From assembly GCA_900177435.1 (NCBI GenBank), contig FXAI01000008.1, forward strand, positions 50,689 through 114,688: 64,000 nt of DNA, written 5' to 3'. This DNA comes from Alteromonadaceae bacterium Bs31. Lineage in GTDB: Bacteria; Pseudomonadota; Gammaproteobacteria; Pseudomonadales; Cellvibrionaceae. This document shows, piece after piece, positions 9,797-20,414 of the stretch. The position numbers were made by a program, and so were the translations under genes. The notes below the pieces were generated by a model. The model was given only the letters and a program-made list of their open reading frames with translations. It was not told where the DNA came from and did no database searches. The number at the start of each line of letters is the position of its first letter. The first letter of the stretch is position 1.

Positions 9797-10594
9797 TTAT
9801 CCGCTGGCCTTTAAGTAGCGTTCCAGGGCTTTAGCTGCAGCCGCAAAGCCAAAGCTGCCGGTTACCATCACCGAAGAGCCAAAGCCTCCAGCGCAGTCCA
9901 GTTTTACGCCGTCCTGTAAAAATTGCTTGCTGTTGCAAACATTGCCATCCGGTTTTGGGTAAACCATTTGTTCTGTTGAATAGACTGCGTCGATGCGGAA
10001 GCGGCGATTTTTACTGCGCGCAAAATTATGCTTGTGATAGAGAAGGTTGCGCAGTTTGGCTAGCAGCGGGTCACTTTTGGTACAGCCTAAGTCGTCTACG
10101 CTTATTGCAGAGGGGTTTGTTTTTCCCCCCGAAGAGCCACAGGTAACAAGACGCATTTTATTTGCGCTGCAAAAGGCTGCGAGGGCGGCTTTAACATGCA
10201 CAGAGTCGGTAGCGTCCACTACAATATGCTGCTGCTTTGAAATGTAATCTGGAATATTACTGACGGTTAAAAAGTCGTGAATAGTATTTAGCGTTAACTC
10301 AGGGTTGATAGCCTGTAAGCGCTCGCTGATAACCGTGTTTTTTGACTGGCCGATATGCTGTGAGGTGGCGTGAAGCTGACGGTTGGTATTAGTAATACAG
10401 ATATCATCCAGCTCGATAAGAGTTAATTCGCCGATGCCGCTGCGCGCCAGCGCCTCTGCAGCCCAGGTGCCCACTCCCCCTAAGCCAATCACCACAAAGT
10501 GAGCGCGAGCCAGCAAGGGCAGGGCAGAGGCACCGTACAAACGGGCGACACCGCCGAAACGCGCCAAATAATTTTCTGATAATTCTTGAGTCAT
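9797..10594 (-). CDS. tcdA: tRNA threonylcarbamoyladenosine dehydratase (ThiF/MoeB-like E1 fold).
   Basis: Rossmann motif VIGLGGVGTWAAEALARSGIG..., TLIELDDICITNTNRQ. Confidence 0.85.
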   Translation of the reverse strand: MTQELSENYLARFGGVARLYGASALPLLARAHFVVIGLGGVGTWAAEALARSGIGELTLIELDDICITNTNRQLHATSQHIGQSKNTVISERLQAINPELTLNTIHDFLTVSNIPDYISKQQHIVVDATDSVHVKAALAAFCSANKMRLVTCGSSGGKTNPSAISVDDLGCTKSDPLLAKLRNLLYHKHNFARSKNRRFRIDAVYSTEQMVYPKPDGNVCNSKQFLQDGVKLDCAGGFGSSVMVTGSFGFAAAAKALERYLKASG

Positions 10595-10657
10595 TAATGC
10601 TTTCTCGTTAATACTTCGCGCATTATAACCTCCCGCAACGAAATAAGGATGCTGTCA

Positions 10658-12130
10658 ATGGAAGCAAGTGTTCACTCCCTTTTATCTCTGCTTACTTTTC
10701 TGTTCGTGTTTGTCATTGGCTTGCTCATCGCTGTAGCAGTAATACTGTTTCTTATCGATATCAACCAGTCCAAGTCTGCCATCCGCCGCAATTACCCGGT
10801 TATCGGTCGTTTTCGCTATTTATTTGAGCACATGGGGGAATTTTTTCGGCAGTATTTCTTTGCAATGGACAGGGAGGAAATGCCTTTTAACCGGGCTCAG
10901 CGGAGTTGGGTCTATCGCGCGGCAAAGGGGGTAGCAACAGAAATAGCTTTCGGTTCCACCAGGGCGGGTAACACCGTGGGTGACCACCATTTTATGAATT
11001 CTGTTTTCGCCGTGTTAGAGCAGGAAAAAAATACTGAAACGACGATAGCTTTCGGCCCCTACTGTGACAGGCCTTATGTGGCAAAAAGCTTTTTTAATAT
11101 TTCCGGGATGAGTTACGGTGCGCTGTCCAAACCGGCAGTGCAGGCACTCTCTCGGGGAGCGGCGAAGGCCGGGTGCTGGATTAATACCGGTGAGGGCGGA
11201 GTATCTCCCTTTCATCTAGAGGGCGGTGGCGATGTGGTTGCGCAAATTGGAACCGCTAAATATGGCGTAAGAGATGAAAAGGGTGAGTTGAGTGAGGAAA
11301 AACTGATTGGCCTGGCACAAAAACCGCAAATAAAAATGTTCGAAATAAAATTGAGCCAGGGCGCAAAGCCGGGCAAAGGGGGTATTTTACCTGCCGAAAA
11401 AGTAAGTGAAGAAATTGCTGCGATTCGAGGAATTAATAAAGGTGAAGCGTCCATTAGCCCCAACCGCCACCCGGAAATACAAAGCACCCTGGATCTGCTG
11501 AAACTAATAAATCGTGTGCGCCAGGTAACCGGCATTCCAGTAGGGATAAAATTGGTAGTGGGTGACCCGGCCTGGCTTAATGAACTGTGTGAGGAAATAC
11601 TCAAACTGGGAATTGAATCCGCACCGGACTTTATTACCGTAGACAGTGCCGATGGTGGAACGGGGGCCGCACCTCAGCCCTTAATGGATTTTGTGGGTAT
11701 GCGCCTGAAAGAAAGTTTACCTCTACTCGTTGATACACTGAAAAAATATCAGCTAAAAGACCGGGTGAAAGTTGTCGCCTCCGGCAAGCTGGTAAATCCC
11801 GGGCTAGTAGCTCGAGCGCTGGCAACCGGGGCAGATGCGGTGGTAAGTGCACGGGGTTTTATGTTTTCTTTGGGTTGTATTCAGGCAATGCAATGCAATA
11901 AAAACACCTGCCCCACCGGAATAACCACCCACGATAAGCGTTTACAGAAAGGTTTGAATGTGGCGGATAAAGCAGCGAGGGTGGCAAACTACCACAAAAA
12001 AATCGTGCACGATGTGGAAATGATTGCCCATTCCTGTGGCGTGCCACAGGCCACAGAGTTACAGCGACATCATGTGCGGCTGGTGACGGAGGATGGAAAG
12101 TCTAAAAGTTTAGCGGAGCTGTATCCTTGA
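10658..12130 (+). CDS. FMN-binding glutamate synthase family protein (GltB central-domain-like), with an N-terminal transmembrane segment.
   Basis: GEGG..SP, MFEIKLSQGAKPGKGG and VVGDPAW motifs. The ATG at 10658 has a better-spaced RBS (TAAGGA) than the ATG at 10649. Confidence 0.8.
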   Translation: MEASVHSLLSLLTFLFVFVIGLLIAVAVILFLIDINQSKSAIRRNYPVIGRFRYLFEHMGEFFRQYFFAMDREEMPFNRAQRSWVYRAAKGVATEIAFGSTRAGNTVGDHHFMNSVFAVLEQEKNTETTIAFGPYCDRPYVAKSFFNISGMSYGALSKPAVQALSRGAAKAGCWINTGEGGVSPFHLEGGGDVVAQIGTAKYGVRDEKGELSEEKLIGLAQKPQIKMFEIKLSQGAKPGKGGILPAEKVSEEIAAIRGINKGEASISPNRHPEIQSTLDLLKLINRVRQVTGIPVGIKLVVGDPAWLNELCEEILKLGIESAPDFITVDSADGGTGAAPQPLMDFVGMRLKESLPLLVDTLKKYQLKDRVKVVASGKLVNPGLVARALATGADAVVSARGFMFSLGCIQAMQCNKNTCPTGITTHDKRLQKGLNVADKAARVANYHKKIVHDVEMIAHSCGVPQATELQRHHVRLVTEDGKSKSLAELYP

Positions 12131-12135
12131 GGATG

Positions 12136-12164
12136 AAGAAACGCTCCGTATTGGAGCGTTTCTC
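12136..12164. terminator. Bidirectional hairpin terminator between convergent genes.
   Basis: GAAACGCTCC-gtatt-GGAGCGTTTC, a perfect 10-bp stem. Confidence 0.55.
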
Positions 12165-12181
12165 CGATAGAAGTGCTGTCG

Positions 12182-12760
12182 TTAGAACGTAAAGGCTGCA
12201 CCTACCGAAAGCATATCAAAGTCTATATCACCAGTATCAAATATTTCGTATTCTGCTCGAACTGCAAAGGATGAAAACTGGAATTTTGCACCAATACCGT
12301 AAACTGGATCACTGCCAGTTCTTTCTGTAGGTAAGTCGTTCTCTTCGAAAGATAAGTCATTTGCTAAATCTATCCAGCCAAGTTCTGTTTGCCAGGAAGC
12401 CATTCCCGCTTTGGCAAATAGGCCGACCGGACCGAAATTAACGCCGATAAGGCCAAACAGATTCCAGGCATTAGAATTGGTGGACACAATAGCGTTGTCA
12501 GTGATATTTACAGAGGTTTCTCCGAGGTCAACATAAGAGCTCTCCACTGCTAGATCTATGGTAGGAAGCAAGCCAAAGTTATAGCCAGCAAATGCTTTGT
12601 AAGCGAAAGCGTTTTCATCCAGGTCGACGGCAACATCGGAAAAATTTGTACCGGCGTTACCTATTGAAGCACCCAGATAAAATCCGCTGTCATTACCTGC
12701 CTGAGCGGCTAACGAGACGGTGCTGAGTACAATTAGATAGATAATCCTGAAATTGGACAT
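12182..12760 (-). CDS. Outer-membrane beta-barrel protein (OmpA-N/OmpW-like small barrel).
   Basis: Signal peptide MSNFRIIYLIVLSTVSLAAQA, alternating amphipathic beta-strand pattern and a C-terminal ...AAFTF. In-frame ATG at 12758-12760. Confidence 0.6.
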   Translation of the reverse strand: MSNFRIIYLIVLSTVSLAAQAGNDSGFYLGASIGNAGTNFSDVAVDLDENAFAYKAFAGYNFGLLPTIDLAVESSYVDLGETSVNITDNAIVSTNSNAWNLFGLIGVNFGPVGLFAKAGMASWQTELGWIDLANDLSFEENDLPTERTGSDPVYGIGAKFQFSSFAVRAEYEIFDTGDIDFDMLSVGAAFTF

Positions 12761-13001
12761 GATTGTTTCCCTTTTTTTAGAGTTTTTGAAAGTGCTATTC
12801 GTTTTATATTTTTCGTCAATGTGTATAGGGCAGTATACGACTTTGTACCTATGAGAATGTAACAGCCTGTTACCAATACTATTTTTGTAGATATTTCGTC
12901 GAATAGAGAGCGCAGGAGCCGCTGTTGAATGAAGAGAAGCCTGAAATCTCAAGTTAGCAGCTCATAGTTTCTTGCTGGGGTTAATCTATTGACAGCAGGG
13001 G

Positions 13002-15329
13002 CTACTGATAGCGAATATTCACTTTATCCACATTACCGCTTTCATCACTAACCACAATCTGATATTCACCCTTTTGCTTTAACTGCAGGCTTGCCGCATT
13101 CATAGCATAGGCGCTGTGGTGGTAGAGACCGTTTACATACCAGTCTTGCTTTCCTTCGCCGCCACTGGCTTGCAGGGGAATATTCGGCGCGGTACTCATA
13201 TTGACGGGTGACTGGAAAATACTGCCTTCTTCGAGCGCTGTTATTTGCAAGCCGGAAAAGTTAGCCACCAACTGCGAGCAGTTTTCAGATAATGCTGGAA
13301 TTTGTTTGTGGCGGCGATGCTTCTCTGCCAGCCAGGGCTCCAGGGAGGCGGGCCATAGGGCAACTGTGTTTTTTACTCGTTGCTCAGTTTTACAATAGCT
13401 GTGAACCCGCTTGCCTGTATGTGTATCAAGCCAGTAGGTGTAGGGGTTGCCTAGTAGAGAGCCTTGCTGGGTTACCCCAGTGGGGGGCACGGTGTCATCA
13501 ATTATCCAGGCCTTAAGTCGTTTGTGGCAATGTTCTTTTTTCTGCTCACTTTCCAGCGTGCCTAAGGGCCAGCAAATACTTTGTTGTTGGATATTGTCTG
13601 GCTGTTGAATCGCTAAACGTGCATCGGGTAAGTGGTCTGCAATGGCATGCAGCAGCGGGCCAGCGTTGCTCCGCCCGCTGGCCCCGGGGTTGGGTGTTCC
13701 GTCAGGTCTGCCTACCCACACGCCAATGGTGTAGTTTCGGTCTACACCAATTGCCCAGGAGTCTCGAAAGCCATAGCTGGTGCCTGTTTTCCAGGCCATT
13801 TTCTTTGCCATTGCCAGCGAAGAAAATGCGCGCACACTGCCGGGCCTGTCAACGCCTCGCAGAATAGTATGGGTCAACCAGGCGGCCTTCTGGCTAACGA
13901 AAAAACGGGTGGGGGTTTCCCTTGGCTGGCGGGAATATTTTAGTTTATGCACTTGGCCACCGTGTGCAAATAGGCTGTAAGCCTGCACCAGCTGCTCCAG
14001 GCTTGTTCCTGCGCCGCCTAAAATAATTGAGAGGTTGGCTTCATTGTCTGGAATCTGTAATTTCAAACCGGCATTGTGCAACTGAGCATTAAAATTCTTG
14101 GCGCCCACTTTTTCCAGTAAGCTTACTGCAGGAATGTTCAGGGAGCGTTGCAGCGCTTCTGTTGCGCTGACTGGCCCGGCGAAACCGCCGCTGAAATTTC
14201 CCGGTCGATACTCCTGCCAGTTTTGTGGCGTATCGCTTAGCAGAGAGTGTGAGTGGATAAGGCCCTGGTCGAAAGCCAATGCATATAAAAAGGGTTTTAA
14301 GGTGCTGCCCGGTGAGCGAATGGCTTGTACCATGTCCACATGGCCAAAGCGCTCTGGGTTACCAAAATCTGCAGTGCCAATGTAGGAAATAACCTCTTGT
14401 GTACGATTATCGACTACCAGTGCGGCAGCGGAGGTTTTTTCTGCCTGCCCTTCAATATAATATTTTAAATAGTCTTCCAGTGAGCGTTGCAGCTCGCCAT
14501 CGAGCGTACTGCTAATCACACTTTTTAATTGTTTATTTTTTTGCGCTTCACTTATTAATTTTCTAGCCAGCAATGGCGCATGCCTCTCGGGGCTGCGACG
14601 ATGGGCATAAACCGCTTCCAGTTTGGCTTCCTGCACGAGTGCTTCAGGCCAGACATTGAGTTTAACCATTCGTTCGAGCACTTTATCTCTTGCTTGCTGA
14701 GCTTTTTGTGGATGAAGGTCGGGGCGATAACGGGTAGGTGATTGGGGTAAAACCGCCAGCAAGGCGGCTTCCGCGTGGCTTAGTTCACTGGCAGGTTTAT
14801 TTAAATAGGTATAGCTGGCCGCTTGCACCCCTTCTATGGTTCCACCAAAGGGCGCAATATTACAGTAGAGGCTCAGAATTTCTTTCTTGCTTAAATGGAA
14901 TTCCAGCTGAAATGTTCGGAAAATCTGGTACAGCTTGCCGCCAATGGTTTTTGAGTGGGGGTGCAGCAAGCGAGCCACCTGCATAGAAATGGTGGAGCCG
15001 CCGGATACCACTTTGCCATTTTTTAGATTACTGAATGCCGCACGAAAAATGGCCAGAGGGTCAAGGCCAAGGTGGTACCAAAAGCGTCGGTCTTCGTAGG
15101 TAAGCAAGCTGTCCAGGTACAGAGGCGAAATTTCTTCCAGCTCAACGGCGTAGCGCCAGACACCCTTGCTGTCTGGGAAAGCTCGCAGTGGCCGCCCGTC
15201 TCTGTCCACCACTACCCGTGCGAATAAATCGCTTTGGCTCGGCAAGCTTAGTGGTAAAACCCTATCGATAATTAATAGTGCGCTAAGTACAAGGCCAGCA
15301 AAAATGAACGCTGTTTTTATCTTTTTCAT
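13002..15329 (-). CDS. pbpC: Penicillin-binding protein 1C (transglycosylase/transpeptidase).
   Basis: GT51 transglycosylase motifs (EDRRFWYHLG, GGSTISMQ) and transpeptidase motifs (SPGSTLKP). It lies immediately downstream of the alpha-2-macroglobulin gene, matching the conserved yfhM-pbpC pair. Confidence 0.85.
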   Translation of the reverse strand: MKKIKTAFIFAGLVLSALLIIDRVLPLSLPSQSDLFARVVVDRDGRPLRAFPDSKGVWRYAVELEEISPLYLDSLLTYEDRRFWYHLGLDPLAIFRAAFSNLKNGKVVSGGSTISMQVARLLHPHSKTIGGKLYQIFRTFQLEFHLSKKEILSLYCNIAPFGGTIEGVQAASYTYLNKPASELSHAEAALLAVLPQSPTRYRPDLHPQKAQQARDKVLERMVKLNVWPEALVQEAKLEAVYAHRRSPERHAPLLARKLISEAQKNKQLKSVISSTLDGELQRSLEDYLKYYIEGQAEKTSAAALVVDNRTQEVISYIGTADFGNPERFGHVDMVQAIRSPGSTLKPFLYALAFDQGLIHSHSLLSDTPQNWQEYRPGNFSGGFAGPVSATEALQRSLNIPAVSLLEKVGAKNFNAQLHNAGLKLQIPDNEANLSIILGGAGTSLEQLVQAYSLFAHGGQVHKLKYSRQPRETPTRFFVSQKAAWLTHTILRGVDRPGSVRAFSSLAMAKKMAWKTGTSYGFRDSWAIGVDRNYTIGVWVGRPDGTPNPGASGRSNAGPLLHAIADHLPDARLAIQQPDNIQQQSICWPLGTLESEQKKEHCHKRLKAWIIDDTVPPTGVTQQGSLLGNPYTYWLDTHTGKRVHSYCKTEQRVKNTVALWPASLEPWLAEKHRRHKQIPALSENCSQLVANFSGLQITALEEGSIFQSPVNMSTAPNIPLQASGGEGKQDWYVNGLYHHSAYAMNAASLQLKQKGEYQIVVSDESGNVDKVNIRYQ

Positions 15330-15352
15330 TCTTGCTGTTCTATATGCAGCCA

Positions 15353-18300
15353 TTATTCGCTAACCGTAATTTCCGAAACAGTTTCACTGATACCGCGAAT
15401 TTCCGGGCGATACATATCTTCAGCAATAACGGGAGGCACTTTGTAAACACCGGGTGTTACAGCGCGTACAAGAAAGAACAAATGGCTCTCGCTGTAACCA
15501 TTGTGATCTATCGCGGCGACATAGCGATCGTCTCTAAACTCACGGTGTTTAAGCTGAGTACGTTCCAGTAGCGTTGTTACGGTTTCACCTTCGATACGCA
15601 TGCTGTCAAATTTTATGGCATGTTCGAGGTTTTGATTTTCCAGCTCTAGGCCAGCGGGTAGTAAATTAATAACTAGCGCATCGGGCACGCGCTGATCGCT
15701 GCTGATGGAGATATGCACCAGTGCCAAATCCCCGGTTTTAAACCCCTCCGGCTTTATCGCCTTGCCATGTATATCGTACCAGTTGCGCTGTACTTCAATG
15801 CCGTGATTGACTGCTTCTGGCGCTTGCGTGCTGTAGCCATTCACCATTGCGCCCAAATACAGTGTTTGATCGTGTTTGGACTCCAGGCTAAAACCTTGTT
15901 GTAACAGTTTTCCGCCGAGGAATTTTTTCCACGCGCCTTTTGTATCTACCCTTTGCTTAGCCATATCGCCAATTTTCCAATCGGCTTGCCAGCTGCTACC
16001 AAAGCCTGACTCCAAGGCTATACCGGCCATAAACAAAGCGATACGTTCCTGGGTGCTCAACCAGCGACGGTTTTGAATGGCGGTGCGCAGTTGCAGGCCC
16101 AGTTGTAAGGCGGCATCTTCTTCTTTGTTGTGATGAAGTAAGAGGTACATGCTCATGGCAAGGTCGCGCGGTTCGCTGCCGTAGTCGCCCCAATAGCGAT
16201 ATTTTTCTGGGAAGTTAGCAAGTGCTTTACGCAGCGCTTCGTTGCCGTTTTTCTTGTCTCCCATTTTTAGCAGTGCCAGACCCAGGTGAATTTGTGAAAA
16301 GCCGGTGTTGGCATCGTCAAAACGGGTATTGTATAAATTACGCAAGGTGCCCAGCGGTGCGCGATTAATTTGTGCCAGCACATAGGCCGCGTACGCTCGT
16401 GTCGAGAAAGCATAGTGTTTTGGATCGTTCGACCAGCGTTGACGGATAAATGTATTGGAGCTGTTCAAGTAGTACAGCAAGCGCTTTACGGCTTTTTCCA
16501 AGGCTTTGTCGGAGACGTCCATACCCATATTTTTCGCATTTAACAAAAAGTCTGTTGCGTAAACGCTAAGCCAGTGTTCTTCTGGTGAGTCTTTGCCCCA
16601 CAGGCCGAAAGAGCCATTGTTGCGTTGAAAACTTAAAATGCGATCAATGCCCGCCTGAATCATTTCCAAACGTTTACTTTCGTCAAGGGGCTTTAAGCCA
16701 AAGCGAGCCTGGTTTTCCGGCGTGGCGAAAGTGAGTGGCCAGGCTCTGCTGGAGGTTTGTTCCAGGCAGCCATAAGGGTATTGCAGAAGGTTTTTTAACT
16801 GGTTGTTCACTTGTAAGTCGATCATCGGCGACAGGCTGATACTGGCCTGCAAACTTGAAGGAATTGCGCCGGGTAAGCTCTTTTCACTGAGGCTGAAATG
16901 CTCACCGGGTTTTAATAACAGCTGTAGGTTTTCGGTAATTGCCGGGTAGGCCGGGCGTACGCCGAGGGCCCAGCTACGGGTAAAGTTATCGATGTCCTGG
17001 CCGGAAATTTCCGTTTCAATGCGTGCACTGCCATCGAGCCCTATGGCTTCCACTGGGTAAAGCAGCGTTTTCTTTTCTTTCGGCGCGAGGGTAATCGCCT
17101 GTTTTTTCGAATCGAGTTTTAAGGGGGGCTCGCTGGTGGTGTTTATGCTCAGGTTTTGTGTTTGTTCCGTTAGATTCTGCACATCCAAAGCGATGGTACT
17201 TTTGTCGCCCTGGGCGAGGAAGCGAGGCATGGCAATTTCCGCGATGATGGGTGCCGCAACCGTCACTTCGGCCTCTTCGCTGCCAAAACTATGCTCACCA
17301 AATGCCACTGCCATCAAGCGTATTCGACCATTAAAATCTGGCAGGTCGAGCTTTACCGTGGCTTCTCCTTGAGAGTCAAATTCTACCGGGCCATTAAAGA
17401 GTGACACTATTTGCACTTCACTCTGAGGTTTTTTTCCGCCGCGAACAAGGTCTGCATCACCGCCAAAGCGTTGTTGCGCTATTTCCGCCTGGTGAGCTTC
17501 AATAACATCGGCATAAATGTCCTTGGCGTCGACGCTGTAGCGACGTTGGCCGAAAAAATAGTCGAATGGGTCCGGTGTTTCAAAATTGCTGATACTCAGT
17601 ACGCCAACATCCACTGCGGCCAAACTCACTCTGCTTTTTAGACCGGGCTTATCGATAGTTAATTTCGCACTCAGGCTTGTTTGCGGTTGAACTTTCTCGG
17701 GTGCATCAATGCTGATACCGAGTTTGCGCTGCTCTCTATCCAGCGGTAAGTGAATTAAACCCATGGCGCGTTTAGGGGTGGTTTTCTTGCTGTCACCCGA
17801 AGGCTGAACGAGCAGGGCAGAAATGTAAATGTTGTGGCTGCTCCAGCTTTCGTCAATGGGAATGTGTACAGTGCTACCGGCTGCACTCACCGCTAGCTTT
17901 TTACTCCACAAGGGGCGGTCGCTTTCCACTAAAATCAAGGCTTCCCCGTCTGCGGGAGGCAGGATGCGCAGTTGTGCGGTATCAGAACCTTTGTAAGCTG
18001 TTTTATCGAGGGCCAGGTTGACCTTGTCCGGTCTGGCGGCGACTTCGCCACTGGCATTTTTCCAGTCGTAATACCAGTTGTAGCCAACGAAGAAACGGTA
18101 GCTGCTCATAATGTTGTTATCGTTGTTGGTGACTTCCAGGCGATAACGACCCCACTCAACGGGAAAAGAAATAACCGAGGCTTTATCGCCTATGCTGCTT
18201 GTTTCCGTGGCCAGGGGAAATTCTTTTTCACTGTAGTTCCAGTGCCAGCCTCGCTGCTGGTTATACTCCCAAAAATATTGTCTGTCTTCGCGAATAAGGG

Positions 18301-20257
18301 TGGCTTCAACATTACTGGCAGGCTTTAGTATTCCCTTTACTGTGGCGTTCACCAGGTCGAACTTGACCACGGTATTGGGCTCGGGGTTGGTATCCCCAAA
18401 GTGGGGGCGAATACCAATAACGGTTTCTGCAGGCCAGATTAATACCGGGTGGGCACGTGTAACCGGTCGGCCACCGGATTCATAGAGGCTGCCCACAATG
18501 TTCACTTTAAGGGGGGTTTTTACCGCTTGCCATGAAGAGGGTATGTGTAAACTGGCTTTTCCTTCTGCATCTAAAATGATGTCAGGCAGTTCCTGTTGGC
18601 GCTGAAAACGCTCATCCATTAAATTACCGAATTCGAAGCCTTTGAGGCTCGCTATAGCATCGCGCCATTGGCTGACCGCTAGCATAGCGCCAAATTTATT
18701 ATTGCCCGCAGGGGCGCCATAGAGGTATTCACCCAGTACTGAAATATTAAGCGCTTCGTGAGTGCTCAGTACTTCACTGCGCTCCTTTCCTTCTGCCAGG
18801 GTAAGTTTTAAGCGCTCAGGTAAAAATTCTTCAACATTAAATTCATAGCTAACCGGTTTTTCCAGCATGCCGCTCACCACCAGTGTCCATTTTCCGGTTG
18901 GTGCCGCTTGTGGAATATTCCAGCTGTATTGGTAATAGGCAAGCTCATCGCCTTGCCATTTAAAGCTTTTTACCGTGCTGCCTGAAGGGTTGCGGATGTC
19001 GCCGGTAAGCACTGCGTTTTGACCGAGCTTGCCGTCGTGGTTGCGCAGTAGAGCGCTGAATATGGCGGTCTCTCCTGGGCGGTATAAATCTCGCGGTGAG
19101 TATATAAAAAGCTCTGCGGGCAGCTGTGGCCGGCTGCCAAGATCAAATTCGCTTAAATCCAAGGCCGCCTGGGTAAGGTTGAGCACGGTGTATTGGGTTT
19201 TCGTTTTTGCGACCAGTACTTTTGCTGCGTTCAGGTCGCCGTTAAAACTCGCCAGGCCATCGGCGGTGCTGGTATTACTGTGGATAATGTTGTTATCGTT
19301 ATCGTAGATTTCCAGTTCGACATTGCTGAGGGGTTTGCCGCTAGTCAGTGAGCTGGTGTGTATATCCAGTTGGTTTTTATACTGGCGAATATGCAAGCCA
19401 ATATCGGTAATGGAAAACCAGGTGATTTCTCGCTGGTCGTATTCTCCTGCGGCGCGCATCACTGCCAGGTACAAGCCCGGCTCTTTCAGTTCATCAATGT
19501 TGTGTATGTCGATATCGCGTTTTGTGCGAGTGTTCTTTGGGGGGTTGATGTCAAAGCGGGCGCTGTAGGTGAGACTTGCAAAGCTTGTCATGCGGTTTGT
19601 GTACCAGCTTTTGCGGCCATAGCGATTGGCGAACTGAACAAAATCAGTAATTTTTTTGTCGTCGACTCGAAAAAAATCGACATCCACCTGTTTGATATTC
19701 ACGCTAACAATGGGCAGACCGGAGGCATAACCCAGGGGTAATATCATTCCGTCGGAATCGAAGTTAATTGAAGGCCGCAGTGCGCGAGTGGAAAGACGAT
19801 TGTTGCTGCCAGAAAGCAAGGTACTGCCGTTTGCCGCTTTTAAACCGGGGTTAACGGATACCAGGTATTCGCTTTGCGGTTCGGTATTCATAAACCAAAC
19901 CAGTTTTGCATCATCAGCCACCACCCAGGCGCCTTCAACCTTGCTCTGGTCTGCTTGCGTGATAACAAAATAGGACTGAATGTCCTCGCTGGTGTCTACC
20001 TCCGTGGAAAAAGTAACGGCTATGCCGTTTTTGCCACCTTTACTGCGCTCCGATATATCCAATATTTGAATATTTTGCGTATTCGCAGGTTTATTGCCTG
20101 CTGCCTTCGTTTGAGCCGTCTCTTTGCTCTGCGGCTGTGATTGCGTTGCGGTCGGGCTTTGCTGCTCGGTGCGCTGTGCGCCTTCCTGTTTGCTGCAGGC
20201 GATAATGCTAAAACACAATAAGGCGAAAAATAAAAAGGCGAGATAAGGTTTTTGCAT
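15353..20257 (-). CDS. yfhM: Bacterial alpha-2-macroglobulin family lipoprotein (YfhM-like).
   Basis: Lipoprotein signal MQKPYLAFLFFALLCFSIIAC. The thioester motif YPYGCLEQTSS is present. About 1630 aa, paired with pbpC. Confidence 0.9.
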   Translation of the reverse strand: MQKPYLAFLFFALLCFSIIACSKQEGAQRTEQQSPTATQSQPQSKETAQTKAAGNKPANTQNIQILDISERSKGGKNGIAVTFSTEVDTSEDIQSYFVITQADQSKVEGAWVVADDAKLVWFMNTEPQSEYLVSVNPGLKAANGSTLLSGSNNRLSTRALRPSINFDSDGMILPLGYASGLPIVSVNIKQVDVDFFRVDDKKITDFVQFANRYGRKSWYTNRMTSFASLTYSARFDINPPKNTRTKRDIDIHNIDELKEPGLYLAVMRAAGEYDQREITWFSITDIGLHIRQYKNQLDIHTSSLTSGKPLSNVELEIYDNDNNIIHSNTSTADGLASFNGDLNAAKVLVAKTKTQYTVLNLTQAALDLSEFDLGSRPQLPAELFIYSPRDLYRPGETAIFSALLRNHDGKLGQNAVLTGDIRNPSGSTVKSFKWQGDELAYYQYSWNIPQAAPTGKWTLVVSGMLEKPVSYEFNVEEFLPERLKLTLAEGKERSEVLSTHEALNISVLGEYLYGAPAGNNKFGAMLAVSQWRDAIASLKGFEFGNLMDERFQRQQELPDIILDAEGKASLHIPSSWQAVKTPLKVNIVGSLYESGGRPVTRAHPVLIWPAETVIGIRPHFGDTNPEPNTVVKFDLVNATVKGILKPASNVEATLIREDRQYFWEYNQQRGWHWNYSEKEFPLATETSSIGDKASVISFPVEWGRYRLEVTNNDNNIMSSYRFFVGYNWYYDWKNASGEVAARPDKVNLALDKTAYKGSDTAQLRILPPADGEALILVESDRPLWSKKLAVSAAGSTVHIPIDESWSSHNIYISALLVQPSGDSKKTTPKRAMGLIHLPLDREQRKLGISIDAPEKVQPQTSLSAKLTIDKPGLKSRVSLAAVDVGVLSISNFETPDPFDYFFGQRRYSVDAKDIYADVIEAHQAEIAQQRFGGDADLVRGGKKPQSEVQIVSLFNGPVEFDSQGEATVKLDLPDFNGRIRLMAVAFGEHSFGSEEAEVTVAAPIIAEIAMPRFLAQGDKSTIALDVQNLTEQTQNLSINTTSEPPLKLDSKKQAITLAPKEKKTLLYPVEAIGLDGSARIETEISGQDIDNFTRSWALGVRPAYPAITENLQLLLKPGEHFSLSEKSLPGAIPSSLQASISLSPMIDLQVNNQLKNLLQYPYGCLEQTSSRAWPLTFATPENQARFGLKPLDESKRLEMIQAGIDRILSFQRNNGSFGLWGKDSPEEHWLSVYATDFLLNAKNMGMDVSDKALEKAVKRLLYYLNSSNTFIRQRWSNDPKHYAFSTRAYAAYVLAQINRAPLGTLRNLYNTRFDDANTGFSQIHLGLALLKMGDKKNGNEALRKALANFPEKYRYWGDYGSEPRDLAMSMYLLLHHNKEEDAALQLGLQLRTAIQNRRWLSTQERIALFMAGIALESGFGSSWQADWKIGDMAKQRVDTKGAWKKFLGGKLLQQGFSLESKHDQTLYLGAMVNGYSTQAPEAVNHGIEVQRNWYDIHGKAIKPEGFKTGDLALVHISISSDQRVPDALVINLLPAGLELENQNLEHAIKFDSMRIEGETVTTLLERTQLKHREFRDDRYVAAIDHNGYSESHLFFLVRAVTPGVYKVPPVIAEDMYRPEIRGISETVSEITVSE

Positions 20258-20414
20258 GGCTGCACTCCGCTTGCTGGATAAAATCACCGGGACGCGCAGT
20301 CTCCAGCGAAGATGGTTCAATTAGTGTGATCAGGCGCTAGATTACAGCTCGAATGTGGCGTATTCCAGTATGGAAGATGACAGATTATGGCAGCACCAAG
20401 TGAGAGGGGCGGAT

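Noticed and set aside
13201-14385. Several 65-103-aa plus-strand ORFs inside pbpC, and similar ORFs inside yfhM (15713..20265).
   Set aside because: They are Arg/Cys/Trp-rich antisense readings of GC-rich coding DNA, fully nested in well-supported long genes.
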